63,894 nucleotides of DNA, filler included, from Sphacelaria rigidula (GCA_964200075.2; 5 parts of 5 records of this genome joined end to end with filler, not necessarily neighbours in it); one strand, 5' to 3'; positions 12,627 through 25,430 are shown, counted from the whole stretch's first letter. The notes: a model not told the origin generated them from the letters alone. Numbers and translations: made by a program.

Positions 12627-12703
12627 GTAGGTCGAGTAGAGTATGTACTCTTGAGTACTCGAGCAAAATACTCGAGTATTTACTCTACTCGACGTTTGAG
12701 TAG
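12627..12703 (+). repeat. TACTCGAGTA/TACCCGAGTA-motif repeat fragment at the contig end
   Basis: GTACTCTTGAGTAC..G...AATAC.CGAGTATTTACTCTAC matches ~43035-43080 and ~44235-44270. Confidence 0.75.
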
Positions 12704-12803
12704 NNNNNNNNNNNNNNNNNNNNNNNNNNNNNNNNNNNNNNNNNNNNTTAATTAATTAANNNNNNNNNNNNNNNNNNNNNNNNNNNNNNNNNNNNNNNNN
12801 NNN
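12704..12803. other. Artificial contig linker 1
   Basis: N44-TTAATTAATTAA-N44 (stops in all six frames); same structure four times at ~12.8-kb spacing. Confidence 0.98.
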
Positions 12804-13888
12804 AATGAGTTGCTTTATTTTCTGGTATCGCCACTTCCAGGGACAGCCACAGCTTTTACACTGCCTCATGGGTGCTAACCGGCCGGCAGACAGGGGGGCA
12901 AAAGGAGGAGGAAAAAATCGAGTCGGTAAAAGGAGAGAATGACGCAAATAGTGCACCGTGGGCTACGACTGCTAAATGCAGATGATGAGGGAAAGGGATC
13001 ACCAGTATAAAAGAGTTGATAGCGGAAGAGAAAAAATTCAACAGCAAAAAATACCAGTGGAAGAGGAAATAAACATGGTGTGATGCGATACCAACGACCA
13101 TGGTATTACTCGCGGCATTGCGCAGGCACGTTCAGGGCGACAGGAGCGGGCAAAATCAAACAGCAGAAGCGGCAGGGGCGGATGGGGGGGTGTAGTATTA
13201 ATGCGCGCTCTTCCGATGTTCGTGTGCAATTTCGAAACCTCAAAAATAAAAAGTAAAGACGTAAAAGTAGATAAAAATAAAATAGAATAATATATACGTA
13301 TATATATATATATATGGGTCACCGTGAAGGAAAGAGTCAAACGCAACGCTACAGTAGAAGCAGGGTGAATAAAACAAAGTGGTCAAGGCGTGAGCCACGC
13401 ATAAAATAACTTTTACAATCGGTGTGTCTACTGCTGCTGATCAACGGCACTGGTTGCCCCCAATTTCCCGACGTGAAGAAACCCCTGTAGTGACGGTCCC
13501 ACGAAGTGTAGTGACGGTCCCATGTAGTGAAGTGGCGATATGATGTGTCGAAAGGTAGGCCGATGAGAAGATCCCAATGTAGTGGTGACACAATGACAAT
13601 GCAGTGGCGACATGTTGTGGCGTGGAGCGGAAGCAAATCCATACGACTTGACCCGCGCAATGACGTTTCACAATGCCGCACATCAATCAATCATTCCAGG
13701 GGCCATTCGCCATTTGCCAGGCGTTGAACATGTTTCGCCGCCAAGATGAGTTCAGCATAGATGCCCCGTATGTTGATAAGAAATTCATTCGGACTCACAT
13801 AGAATGATCCGAACAACTGCTCGAGCAGTCCTGTTTGGTACAAAGTTGCACAGTGCAAACACGCTGCCACAGCACACAGTACAGTGCG

Positions 13889-13985
13889 AACACCATGCGA
13901 TCACGTACCCCGCTAGGGTGCAAACACCATGCGAACACGTACCGTGCTAAGATGGTGCAAACACCATGCGATCACGTACCTAGCT
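13889..13985 (+). repeat. ~35-bp tandem repeat x3
   Basis: AACACCATGCGA(T/A)CACGTACC recurs at ~13889, 13924 and 13960. Confidence 0.85.
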
Positions 13986-16900
13986 AACATGGTCGGTACC
14001 GCTGCACCAGATCGAATGGGAGCGTGACATGAAAGACACGTCTGAACCGCGTACATTGCACGCGAAGTGCGGTCTCCCAATATCTGACTACTCGCAAGCA
14101 ATTAACAGCCTGTATAAATACCTACCTCCAGATGGATTTCACCCCCAGCTGCTGGCTATGTGCACTCTGCGCACGCATGTTCGCCGGTTACCGTCTCGGG
14201 CCACTTCGCTTCACTCTCTAGTAGTGGGACAACAGCACTCACCTGCAGCCTATAAAGCACTGTGTACACGATGCGCACGTGGTGACTGTGACATGTGATG
14301 GGGGCGGGCCGTCTGTACAGTACAGGGTACTGCAAGATTTCCGAACGGAATTTTTTTTATTTTTGAAAAACCTCAGTTCTCGTACACGGAAGCAGGCGCC
14401 CTGCCGCCCACCGTCTGTGTGATCATGGGAGTGCGTGAGGTACTTAGCCATGCGCGGGTACGCGCACAGGTGCACGTGAAAGGATGAATCACAGCACGTA
14501 CCTATGTTGTCGTGTTGGCACGGAAGGTAGCAAGCATACGCTACAGCCAGATGCTCTAGCTCCGTTATGTCCAGCTGATGGGTCGCTTCGAGGAATCAAC
14601 AGGCATGTAAACTTTTAAAGGACCCCAAACTAAACAGAAAGGACGACTGTTGCGCTACACCATTTGCAGATACAGCGCGAAACAGTGCAGCTCTACAGCG
14701 ATGTGATTATGCAGTACTGTTTATCTTCTCGATTGATCACCATGTCGTGGTCGAGTCTCAGGGTGGCGTATCAAGCTCGTGGGACATAGGCTAGGGGTGG
14801 TGTAACACCAGCGGCCAGCATAACCGTTACTGCAGCAAATAATTGTGTTGCATTAAAGACTCACCAGAGAGTTTGGTTTAAACAGCACTGCATGCATCAT
14901 GCAAAACACAGGCTCACGTTCACGTGCAGAAGAGGTGCTCTTGACTTGCTTGCAAGCGAGATGTCTCCAAGTGGTGGCTGATAGCTTTGATATTAATAGG
15001 CTTGGCTAGGTAGCTGGAAACGTTGTGAGAGACTGGGCACGCAACACCTCATACTGGAGAATAACACTAATATGCGAATGGAATACGACCTATTGCACAT
15101 GCCATGGGTGCTTCGAAACGCCTTCTATTGGTACAGCCTATATCTGCCGTAACATTACTGCATAACGAAATGTGATCAGGTATCCAAAAGTTGATCGTGC
15201 AAGGAGCTGTGAGACTAGACAACTTGATGCTTGCTTTATACACCAGATCACGGTTGATACTAGGATAGAAAGATTCTCTCCACCACTTTGCTATATCCTT
15301 TGATGCGATAGCTGCTGTACGCCCGATTTCTACTTTGTAATGCAGCTGAAAGGAGCGAGGCTGTGTTACCTCACACATCAAGCTTGTTGTTAACTGTATT
15401 TGCCACACATGAGTTTGTAGTGCACCTCAAAATGAAGTGAAATCACTGTGCCCGTTTCACATGCCCCATCAACCGACGCCAGCTGGGCTTGAAGTTGTTG
15501 TTCACCCCGAGCCTACGCAATGGTACCGGTGCAGCTCCACGACGCGCTACCGTTGCAATTGGAAGTGATGATGCTATAAAAGATGGCTGTTTGGTAAGCG
15601 ACATGCATTATTATTTTGATGCTACGTCTATCACTTTTGAAAGTCACAGACGGACGATAGAGTGCATTCAGGCACTTTGGCTGCGAATGACGTGCTTTCA
15701 CTGTAGGCACGAGTATCCGCGAGTTACGGTTACAGTGAAGAAACAGGATGATGGATGTGAACTAGGTTGGATTCACATATGATTTCAACCCCACTAATTC
15801 AAGTATAAGCTCTAGGCGCTGCCGCTGGACGGAGTAACTTTGGACTCGTTCACATTTGACGTCGCTGTAGCCATATGCTTTGATTTTTGCAGTGCGATAC
15901 TTCTTTCACACGTACTCCAATCCAACAAGGCCAGCTTAATTGAAAATCACGTGGGTCTACGCCCATTGGGTTGCGATTCCACCCTTCGGTGCTTCTACAT
16001 ACTACCGTCCGATTGAGTTGTGGTTGCTGTTACACTATTATTGCTGTCCAGGATGACTGTCCTGACTGTTTACGGCCTGGACTATTTCCTCGGTGACATC
16101 ACTGACTTTGTGCTCAGTCTAACAGTTCATGAGTGATGTACTTTCACTGTTATAACAGAACTGTGACGAATCACCGTCGACCATCAAAAGATCGGGCTAT
16201 GCATGCGGGAGAACGTCTGCCGTTCACTATCAATTCGAGTATATATACTGTGGGGACACATAAGGTAGCGATGGCCGTGTTGTCTGAGTGAAACTACTGA
16301 ACGCAGTATTTAACCAGCAGATATAATTTAACGAACTGTCTGTGAAAGAGATACAAAGGGGCTATTGAGATGTTGCCTGCTACAGGTGGTACCGAGTACA
16401 GCATACACTTCTGGGAACGCGGGCCACCTGCTAAAGTAGCTTATGCGTGACCACGTATGCAACGGAGAAAAAGAGCTTTGTTGCTCTATGGTTCCCTAAT
16501 GCACGAGACGTTTTGTGAAATCGCACTGCTATACTGTCTGTGCATACATGCCACCAGGCACGGTACTTTGTGAGCCGCTTTGTCGTGAACGGAAATTCGA
16601 GGCTTGAATGAACGCAACATGAGGTATTTACCCTACCCCCTGGTCAAGGGGGGCAGGTCATTGATGCTTGGAATATTTTATTGTCATGGAAGGTGAATGT
16701 CACCTCAACGTGGTTCACCCTGTTTGATCGTTTGCGCCTTTGGTGGACAGCTCCATAGGGTATGGACGAGCCATGCATGTGAGGTTGTTTTGATTTGAAG
16801 GGATCAGACCCAACCATGTACTTCTACTTTATATTTCGATTGTGAATATGTGGGTGATTGTTTCCAGGTGCACTGCTGGACGAGCCATAATTTGAGTACT

Positions 16901-17471
16901 TTTACCCGCAGCGATGGATCATTGGACTGCATGAAGCCTGCAACAGTTGCTCGTCGACAATTATTACTGGTGCTCGTCTACCAATTCCTATGTAGCTACT
17001 CATGGATGTGATAACCAACTCAGATCCACAATGATTGAGCGACTACGAATGAAGCTGCACGCTACGAGCTTCACACGAAGGCCACCAGGCAGATGCTCCG
17101 TCAGAATATACCGTTGACCGTCTACTTGACCGCGCACCGACAATCAATTCGAATATGACCGTCTACCTGTGCGCGCTATGACCGTCCTCGGAACAGGGTT
17201 ACATTCTTCTGGTCTCGAGATTCGATGGATTCCACGCATTCCTTTGCCGAGATTTACACCGAAAATGATCTGATGGGAGTTGTTGGCTTGTAATGAACGA
17301 ATCGTGTGATTATTGTGGAGACTATTCATGTTGCTAACATACAAGCCGAACATTGAATGGATGAACGAGAGAGTTGTATGGACCAAAAAGGTGCTTGAAC
17401 CATACAGCAAACCGGCAGCATGTAACCGCATACAGGAAAATGGGCGAGGACGGAGGCTCAAGATATCAAGA

Positions 17472-17790
17472 CCATGTTTGTTCGAACAGATTGACAGGGG
17501 GGGCAGGATTTCCCATGCGTGTTCGAACAGGTTGGCGAGAAATGAGGATTCGCCATGTGTGTCGGAACAAGTTGACAGGGGACCAGGATTTCCCACGCGT
17601 GCCCGGGCAGGTTGACAGGAGACCAATTGTTCCCATGCGTGTCCAAACAGGTTGACAGGGCACCAGGCTTTCCCATGCGTATCCAAACAGGTTGTTGGGG
17701 AGCCAGAATTTCCCATGCATGTTCGAACAGGTTGATATGGAGCCAGAATTTTCCCATGCGTGTCCGGACAGGTTTACAGAGGTCGGAGTC
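17472..17790 (+). repeat. 40-bp minisatellite x8
   Basis: Consensus close to CCATGCGTGTTCGAACAGGTTGACAGGGGACCAGGATTTC. Confidence 0.92.
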
Positions 17791-19467
17791 CAGGAAATTA
17801 TCCTTTGCTGTCCCCGACACGTGATACCCTGGCCGAATGCACACGCGTGAACCTGTGGTGTCCGGTCATATTGCTGTTCCCTTCGTTCTCCTTCCCCTTT
17901 CTTTCGTCCGCGATCATATTATGCTGGTGGAGCGCTGCTACCCATATTGCTAGCTACATCGTTCCCCACGCCGGAGATGATTGGGAATGTTTCCGCCACA
18001 TACCGCCCTCTTGAATAATGGAGAATGTATTACATTGCCATGAATCATTCGTAGTTCTTTCAATTTGGTGCTACATTCATGGGAAACGTATGTGCAGGTT
18101 CAACGTGCCGGTTATCACATAGCTAACCCCAAGTCGGTGAAAAATCAGTGGAAACTCCTGGAACCCCGTAGCCCAGTCCTTCTACCCGGCGGAACCCGTG
18201 CAACAGCCTCCCGTGCAAGCACCTTCCCATGCAGCAGCAGATTGCGGCACCGCCCCATGCTGAAGCAGGCTACCGCACCTCCTCAGAAGCACCAGCAGTC
18301 TTTGATGCGTCCGCAACTGCAGTAGTTTTTCTGCGCCGCGACAATAGCAGCAGCCTTTTGGCGCCTTAGCAACAACACGCTGCTCAAGCGCCGCAGATAA
18401 ATCTGCTTATTGCCTCTGAATAACAATTTTCACGGCCGGTAGCTCCTCCGCTTTTTAGCGGATACTTGCAGTACCTGGGTCTCCTTTAGCATTGTCTATC
18501 TCAGGCAAGGTGCAACCAGCAGGGTACATACCCGGTGCTCAGCTGCTGCTACCGCTACCGCCGCCTCTGTAGCATTGATCTAGGTGCTAGGTTTCACTTA
18601 ACCCAGTGGGTACGCATGGAAATTCATTGTTTGGGTCATTTCACCCGTCCGAGGCCACCCCTACCACGCCAGCGGGGATGAACAAGTTGCTTAGCATGTT
18701 GTCATGATGCTGTCATGAAGACGCATATTAGCCATTTGATGCCGCTTCAGACCCGTTGTCGACTCTGGTCATGGCTTGCTTTTGTTTCGATAGACAAGGC
18801 TGCAGGTCTGTTCAGAGTTGGTCGGGTACGAATGTGAACCTGTATAATCACAAGGATAATACTGGATTTGGTCGCTGTCCCGACGACCAAAGCCCCCCCA
18901 TCCTTCGCACTATCAACTGCTCCACTATTGCTTCCAGCAAAGAAGTCTAACTATCGGTGAGACGTATTGGGTTGGATTGGACTGATTGAGTGGGTACTGG
19001 AGTTAGAATCAAGATAATCAAGAGAGAAGTGAAGAACCTACTTGCGTGAGAACCCGTCTGATATTTGGATACTGAGCAGGTCACACGGTATCTACAAGTT
19101 TCAGCAGCCTGACGGTTGTACACTTGCCTGCCAAGCTTGTGCCTTGGGTTGCAAGCTGTGTCCTTGCGTTTTACTACCGCTTGCTCTTTATTACAATGCA
19201 GCCCTGCACCGAAGAGTCATGTTCGATCAACACACGTGGACAGATAGCACCCTGTGGAGCGCACTGTGCAGGGTCCGTACAGGGTCTTCCACAGTCTTTT
19301 TGAAAAACCCTGACAGTGAAAACGCAAATTTAATATCTGTGTTAGCGTTTTTGTCGAAACCCTGCAAGCAACCCTGTGGAGAGATTCTCCCAATTTTGAG
19401 AATCCCTATTTTTTTAATTCCAAATTATTTTGGTACAAAATCTGTTCATTTATTTATTCAAAATGCT

Positions 19468-19700
19468 TTGTCCTGCTGTCCGAGATAAATTCTTTTTTGC
19501 CCGATTCAAATCGGGCGAAAAAGGAAATATCCCGGACAGCAGGACAAGCTATTCGAAACAGTTCGTTTCCTCGCCTAATTTATTTGGGCAAAACAAGGAT
19601 TTATTTCGAACAGCAGAAGAATCTATTCAAAATAGATCCGTTTTTCGCCCATTTAAATTGGGCAAATTAAAGGATCTATTTTGAACAGTTTTTTCTGCTG
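19468..19700. repeat. Two adjacent hairpins built on related GCCC-ATT/AAAT-GGGC cores
   Basis: TTGTCCTGCTGTCCG...CGGACAGCAGGACAA (19468-19549) and CAGCAGAA..TTCAAAATAGATCC...GGATCTATTTTGAA..TTCTGCTG (19611-19700). Confidence 0.8.
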
Positions 19701-20561
19701 CGCAAATCCCATGCACAATGGCAGATTTGGAATTTGAACAGCAGAAGAAGCTCGAAATAAATCTTCACTTTGCCCTCCAATTCATCCGGAAATTGGACAA
19801 AAAGATATTTATTACGAACGGCGTCAGCTGGGCATATCCCGCATACTGCACCGTTATCAGGGTATGGGATCCGACACGCAGAAAACATTGTTGGAAGATA
19901 TTCATCCTCTTGCCCCCCAGTTCATGTATAAATGGGCTAAAGGATGAATAGTTTTCAACAGCTTTTGCTGAATAGAGATCCAACACACTGACTACGAGTG
20001 TATGTCCACACGCCTACGAGCTTAGGTACGACGCTTCGGCTGAAGGCGTGGATGCTAGGATGACGGTATATACCTCACATATGAGTCCACATAGCTCATG
20101 AAAACCCCGTGGTCCGCAGTCTACCAAAATCACTCAATCAAGCATGCTTTTCTTTACGAAAACCAAGTAAATTCCAGACGAGTCATTATTTGTCCGACCC
20201 TTGAAAGCTATTATGAGGGATGACTTGTTAGAAGCAGCATCTAGAGATTATGCGGTTTCAAGAGGAAGCCTAAGCACAAAGGGAGTCAAGTTCTCCCGAA
20301 TTTCATGTACCATGCAGCAACAAAGTGTTACGCACGCTTGCGCTGTCACAGTGATTGAGGATCAAACTCCAGGCACCGGTAGGTAACATGATTTCCGAGC
20401 GCCTGAATTGTCATGCCGTCAAGTGTTGTGACACCGTGTGATGGACGCTGGTGGTACTCGTGCTCACCAAGCAGTTGATGAACACTACGTTTTTTTTCAA
20501 ATTCCTGCTCTCGATTCCTGTGTTTACCCCAGCAGGAAGGATCATCAACTGGCGATGCACG

Positions 20562-23006
20562 ATGCGCTGTTCCTACCTCGTTGCCCATGCCTCGAGAATA
20601 TCGATGCATACCGTTCGGCGCTTATTGCGTACACCAGCCGCGAGAGGCCCATCGCACCTGAGGCGGACCTTGCGAGTGCTCCCCAGACACACGGCAGGTG
20701 TCGGTCATTGTCTGACTGGTGTCGCAGCCGACGGATCTGAACGGGTGACATCTGACAGCGTGAAAGTCGCGACGAGTTCGACGGTCACTCTCGCGGATGG
20801 ACGACCTTCCAGGGCAAAAGGCGCGTGTGACTGGTCGAATGCAACGTGTTGGCCCGAAGAAAGGACAGAGATTGCTACGGTGGCGAGATCAGCTGGGCGG
20901 AGAGTGCACCCGTGGGCGAAGGCGCGAAAAAAATGTAACGAGACACGCACGTCGTCGTCGTCCGATCGATCAGGGCCCGGCAATGTTCGAGGAATCCCCA
21001 GGGGTATTCGTTCGAATAAGATTGTTGGGCGGAATCAACCGCAAAGAGGCAGGACTGCTTCTGGCGGAGAAGTATCCGTGCACACAAGTAATGCTGCTTT
21101 CGAGGTTAGCCGTGCTCAACGATCATACATGCTGCGATTAAAGGAGGCTGGAGAGAGGAGAGATTGGAGCGCGGCGCTTGCCGTGCTACAAGAGGCTCTT
21201 GCACGGGCCGATTCGGCGGATGTCGTTCACGTGCGAATGTACGGTAGAGTAATGAACGTATTCGCAAAGTGCCGGAAGTGGGAACTTGCGCTGGATCTGT
21301 TACAGCAAATAAGGGAGAGAGCCGCCCCTTTGAATAATGTCATCTACAACTCGGCCATTGCGGCGTGCGGCAACGGTGGGCAGTGGGAGCGGGCGTTGGA
21401 TTTGTTGCACCAGATGCAAGCAGAGGGCATCTCCCCTGACGTGGTGAGCTATAGTTCAGCCATGACGGCTTGCGTGGACTGTGGACAGTGGGAAAGGGCG
21501 TTGGCTGTATTTCGGGATATGCGTGCCAACGGCACACGGCCTAACGTGGTGAGCTATAGTGCTGCTATAAAGGCGTGCGGGGACGGGGGGCAGTGGAATC
21601 AAGCTTTGCATCACTTGAGGGAGATGCAAGAGGGGGGTATCGCGCCTAACGTCTTCGTGTACAGCACGGCTATGAAAGCGTGTGGGGATGCCGGTCAGTG
21701 GCAGGCGGCTATGAACTTGCTGCGAGACATGCGTGCTGGGGGCATTTCGCCGAATAGGGTATGCTACAACACTGCTATGACGGCGTTCGGTAAGGGTGGC
21801 CAGTGGGAGAGAGCCCTAGACACTATGCGAGAGATGCAGGCGGATGGTGTTCCCCCGGATGTTGTGACTTACAGCGCGGCGATGAAGGCTTGCGGAGATG
21901 CCGGTCGATGGGACAAGTCATTGGATCTGCTGGGGGAGATGCAGGCCGAGGGCATTCCACGTGACACCACGAGCTATAATACTATTGTGAAGGCATACGG
22001 TGACAGCGGTCAGTGGGAGCAATCTTTGGATACTATGCAACGAATGCGGGCGGAGGGTATCGCGCCCGACGTTGTGACGTACGGCAGTGCGATGAAGGCT
22101 TGTGGAGATAGTGGTCAATGGGAAACTGCGTTAGATCTATTTCGAGAGATGCACGTGGAGAGAGTTAAGCGCAGTGTTGTAATATACACCACAGGCATGG
22201 AGGCATGCGCTGATGGCGGACAATGGGAGCGAGCTTTGAAGTTATTACGACATATGCACAAGGAGGGCGTTGCGCCCGACATGACAACCTACAACGCGGC
22301 CCTGAAAGTATGCGGGGATAGTGGCCAGGGCGAGAAGATGCTGGAGCTTCTGCGCGAGGTGCAAGCGGAAGGGAACACATCGGATATCACAACCTACAAT
22401 GTTGCTGTTACAGCGTACGGAAATTTGGGGCAATGGGAGAGGGCGCTGGAAATATTGCGGCAAGTACAGGCTGAGGGCATTGCGCCGGACTGCATAACCT
22501 ATAGTGCAGCAATGAAAGCGTGCCTGGACAGTGGTCAGTGGGAAACTACGTTGGAGCTCTTGAATGAGATGCAGCAAGAGGGCATCATGCCTGACATCAT
22601 CACGTACAACACGGCAATGTCAGCATGCGGGGCCGGTGGTCAATGGAAACGGGCCTTAGAACTCATGCGACAAATGCCCACGCAGGGGATCATGCCCGAC
22701 CGTGTCAGCTACAACACCGCCATGAAAGCTTGTAGAGGCAGCGGTCAATGCGATAGATGTTTAGAGCTGCTGCGAGAAATGAGTATGAGGGGCATTGAGC
22801 CGGATCCCATGAGCTACAGTGAGGCAATCTCAGCATGTGCCGATGGTGGCCAATTGAAGCGAGCCCTAGAGTTGTTCCGTCAGATTCATGCAAAACCTGC
22901 TGCAAATGTCGCAATTTACAATGCAGCAATATTTGCGTGGTGGAGGTCCGCCAGGGCCCAATCAATGCAATCTGAGTCTTCCGGTGCGGGGCAGGGTTTG
23001 CCGTGA
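20562..23006 (+). CDS. Intronless P-class pentatricopeptide repeat protein (~16 motifs), likely organelle-targeted
   Basis: Tandem 35-aa motifs of type PDVVTYSAAMKACGDxGQWERALxLLREMQAEGIx from ~21225 to 22900; no E/DYW domain; Arg-rich, acid-free N-terminus from ATG 20562 (the ORF is open from 20451). Confidence 0.95.
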   Translation: MRCSYLVAHASRISMHTVRRLLRTPAARGPSHLRRTLRVLPRHTAGVGHCLTGVAADGSERVTSDSVKVATSSTVTLADGRPSRAKGACDWSNATCWPEERTEIATVARSAGRRVHPWAKARKKCNETRTSSSSDRSGPGNVRGIPRGIRSNKIVGRNQPQRGRTASGGEVSVHTSNAAFEVSRAQRSYMLRLKEAGERRDWSAALAVLQEALARADSADVVHVRMYGRVMNVFAKCRKWELALDLLQQIRERAAPLNNVIYNSAIAACGNGGQWERALDLLHQMQAEGISPDVVSYSSAMTACVDCGQWERALAVFRDMRANGTRPNVVSYSAAIKACGDGGQWNQALHHLREMQEGGIAPNVFVYSTAMKACGDAGQWQAAMNLLRDMRAGGISPNRVCYNTAMTAFGKGGQWERALDTMREMQADGVPPDVVTYSAAMKACGDAGRWDKSLDLLGEMQAEGIPRDTTSYNTIVKAYGDSGQWEQSLDTMQRMRAEGIAPDVVTYGSAMKACGDSGQWETALDLFREMHVERVKRSVVIYTTGMEACADGGQWERALKLLRHMHKEGVAPDMTTYNAALKVCGDSGQGEKMLELLREVQAEGNTSDITTYNVAVTAYGNLGQWERALEILRQVQAEGIAPDCITYSAAMKACLDSGQWETTLELLNEMQQEGIMPDIITYNTAMSACGAGGQWKRALELMRQMPTQGIMPDRVSYNTAMKACRGSGQCDRCLELLREMSMRGIEPDPMSYSEAISACADGGQLKRALELFRQIHAKPAANVAIYNAAIFAWWRSARAQSMQSESSGAGQGLP

Positions 23007-24059
23007 TTGTAACCCGGAGAAAGTCGCGTGAGTCAAATAATATATTTATTTATTCTTGTTATGTCTGTTGGTATTCTGCTGAAATGTGCAAATATTCCCG
23101 ACCGAAAAGTGGTCGTGTCTCATAACCATTCTCCGTGGTTAAAGAATACTTGTTTTTACGTTTTGGTTGAGTCCGGTAGTAGCCAGTGACAGCTGCGCTG
23201 GATGTCTGTCAACGCCTCCTATCGCGTTTTCTTCTCGACCCGAAATACCATCGGCACGGAAGACACCTGAACAGGCAGCTGCCGTGCTCATCTAGTGGAC
23301 AACGATAGCGGCAGTCCAATATAAGGCTCACGAGGGGTGGTCGTGATTGTCCCATTTTTTCGTGATGATACTACGCAGATCACGTTTCATGTGTAAGTAT
23401 GTAGTCAAACGGGGTGAGGAAAAAACAAACCCTTCATGTCTCCTGCCAGAGCATACAGAAAAAAAAGGGGAAGAGAAAGAGAAGAAAAGACTGAAGACAA
23501 CGGGGAATTAGCATGGCCACCAAGCGAGGGTCGACTCAACAACCCCAGCCACCCCCGTTGAATATTACCAAAGCTGTTCGGAAACGGTCGATGCGCTAGC
23601 GAGCATACTACGCGACGGGCTGCTGGTTACGTTTCGGAAGCCCTTGATTAGCAGTGCACAAACAATTCTATAAAATGATATTGATCACGAAAATGAGGTT
23701 CAAGCACATGGAAGGACCTTTCCCCCACGTGCGACGGTGTCCAATAACTTCTTTGTCGGCCTAATGTCCCTTGATCGCGTGGATACGTTTTCAGCGCATT
23801 TTTCCTACTCCGTGAGCTGACAGCGCTGAGCGAAATTGTCATTTTACCCTGGTAATCCCCCACCCCAAAAATCAGGATAAAATGAGGGTTCGGCCAGCCC
23901 TGTAAGCTCAGAGTCGGTAACGCCCTTCAAAAAGTGTCTACGCGATACTGGGGCAATAGGCGGACAAGAAAGTCATTGGGCACCTTCACTGTAAGTGTGG
24001 GGAAAGCATTGTTTTGGGCTTGAACCTCATTTTTGTTATCAACTTCATTGCATAGAATG

Positions 24060-25430
24060 GGTGTGACTGGGGGAACTCCAGTGGTGGCGCAGCAAGCAAT
24101 TCCTCAGCATGGCGTGCTTTGGTCCAGACTGTGGTACACATCTTCGCCCCCTCCTCAACGATTTGGTACCATTCGGAAACATCTTGGGCAACCGACGCCC
24201 ACGATGTCGCGATTACTCCGATGTTTGAGCAGCATTCCGTGGCAGTGCTGTAGGCATCTTGCTGGTCGGCCTGCTTTCGTTTTCCACCCGACCATCACTG
24301 CACGCATAACGGTGTTGGAGGGGGGGGTTCATCGTGCACGAGCACAATGTGGCCGGCGTGTAGGAGGATTCACCTGATCCTGATAAGCCCGATGCACTCG
24401 CAGCGACTTCTTTCGAGGACATCGTGGTGTGGCTGCATATGATGTTGAGGGCGCCGCGGCTTCAGGTATGCATGTTGACGCACTTCAGCGGGAATCCCCG
24501 GTGGGCCTCTCGTAATGCACCGGTCGAAATTGTCGTGTGCGATCATCCAGGTCACGCAGCCGTGTAGCATTACCTCGATTACTTCAGCCTTCAGGAGACG
24601 AACCCTAGTGGCCAGGGCGATGTACGGGGGGGCGTATACCTCTCTGCTGTACTTGTAGAAGCACGCCCAGGCCCAGGCAACGTGGGTATGGATCCCAGGC
24701 GTGACATCGCCGATGCTGCTAAGTTTCTCGCCAAGATAGACGAAAGATTCGATTTACTTGTACGATTGGCCCGCCGCCTCGACCTCGATCCCGTCCGCCT
24801 TTATGTTCGGGGAGCGCATGGGCACGGCGACGGCCCTCTTTTCCACCACGACGAGGTTGAATGCTACACATATTTCAACGACGGCCGTTATCATCTTTGC
24901 CAGGCTTACTGGAGATCGCTAGGCGATGCCAGCGTCGTCGCGTATAGCATGTTTCCGAGGGTTGGACAACGAATGATTCGTCTGAAAATTACTTGGTTTT
25001 AGTATCATTGATTCGACTCGTACGAGTCAATCTCTGGACTTTGTTTTCGGCGTTGCAACCCAGGTACACGCAGCCCAGATACGTGGAATGGCGCAAAAAT
25101 TGCGTGGATATCCCTTGGACCAATGATCAACTTTCACCCCTCTTTTGGCCAATCAGGCCCAAGAAGTCCTGGATTCGGTGATTCGTAGTCGTGATGATTC
25201 GTCCTAATCGTGTGCATATTTCGAAGCAAATTGCTAAGTTTGTCCCTGGTCTTCCCGCCCCTTTCGGTGATGCGAACGAAGACCTGCGCCACCGCTTTAT
25301 TGATCAGGAAGTGGTCGGACGTCACCATCAGTACCGCCGTGAAGGGGATGCTGAACAAACCGGGGCAAAACACACTGCCTTGACGGAGGCCCTAGTTGAC
25401 GTTGAACCACTCAGAACAGTGTTTTCGTGA
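24060..25430 (-). mobile_element. Degenerate RTE-clade LINE (RT and C-terminal region)
   Basis: WFNVN*GLRQGSV..P.LF (~25410-25350), frameshifted MLY(A)DDAGI (24950-24925), FVYLG, AWACF, VRLLKAEVIEVMLHGCVTW, SWASVAQDVSEWYQIVEEG. Confidence 0.85.
24995..25215 (+). repeat. ~220-bp repeat inserted in the LINE RT
   Basis: CAACCCA.GTACACGC.GCCCAGA...GTGGAATGGC...CAATCAGGCC.AAGAA...GTCGTGATGATT.GTCCTAA also present at 25604-25810. Confidence 0.75.

Noticed and set aside
14700-17150. Decayed coding-like stretch (also 47400-48900, 52560-55300 and 62660-63560)
   Set aside because: Probably old TE sequence, but I could not recognise any diagnostic motif
17472-17790. CRISPR-like array (also 41935-42300)
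   Set aside because: Repeats are degenerate, spacers resemble each other, no cas genes, eukaryotic context
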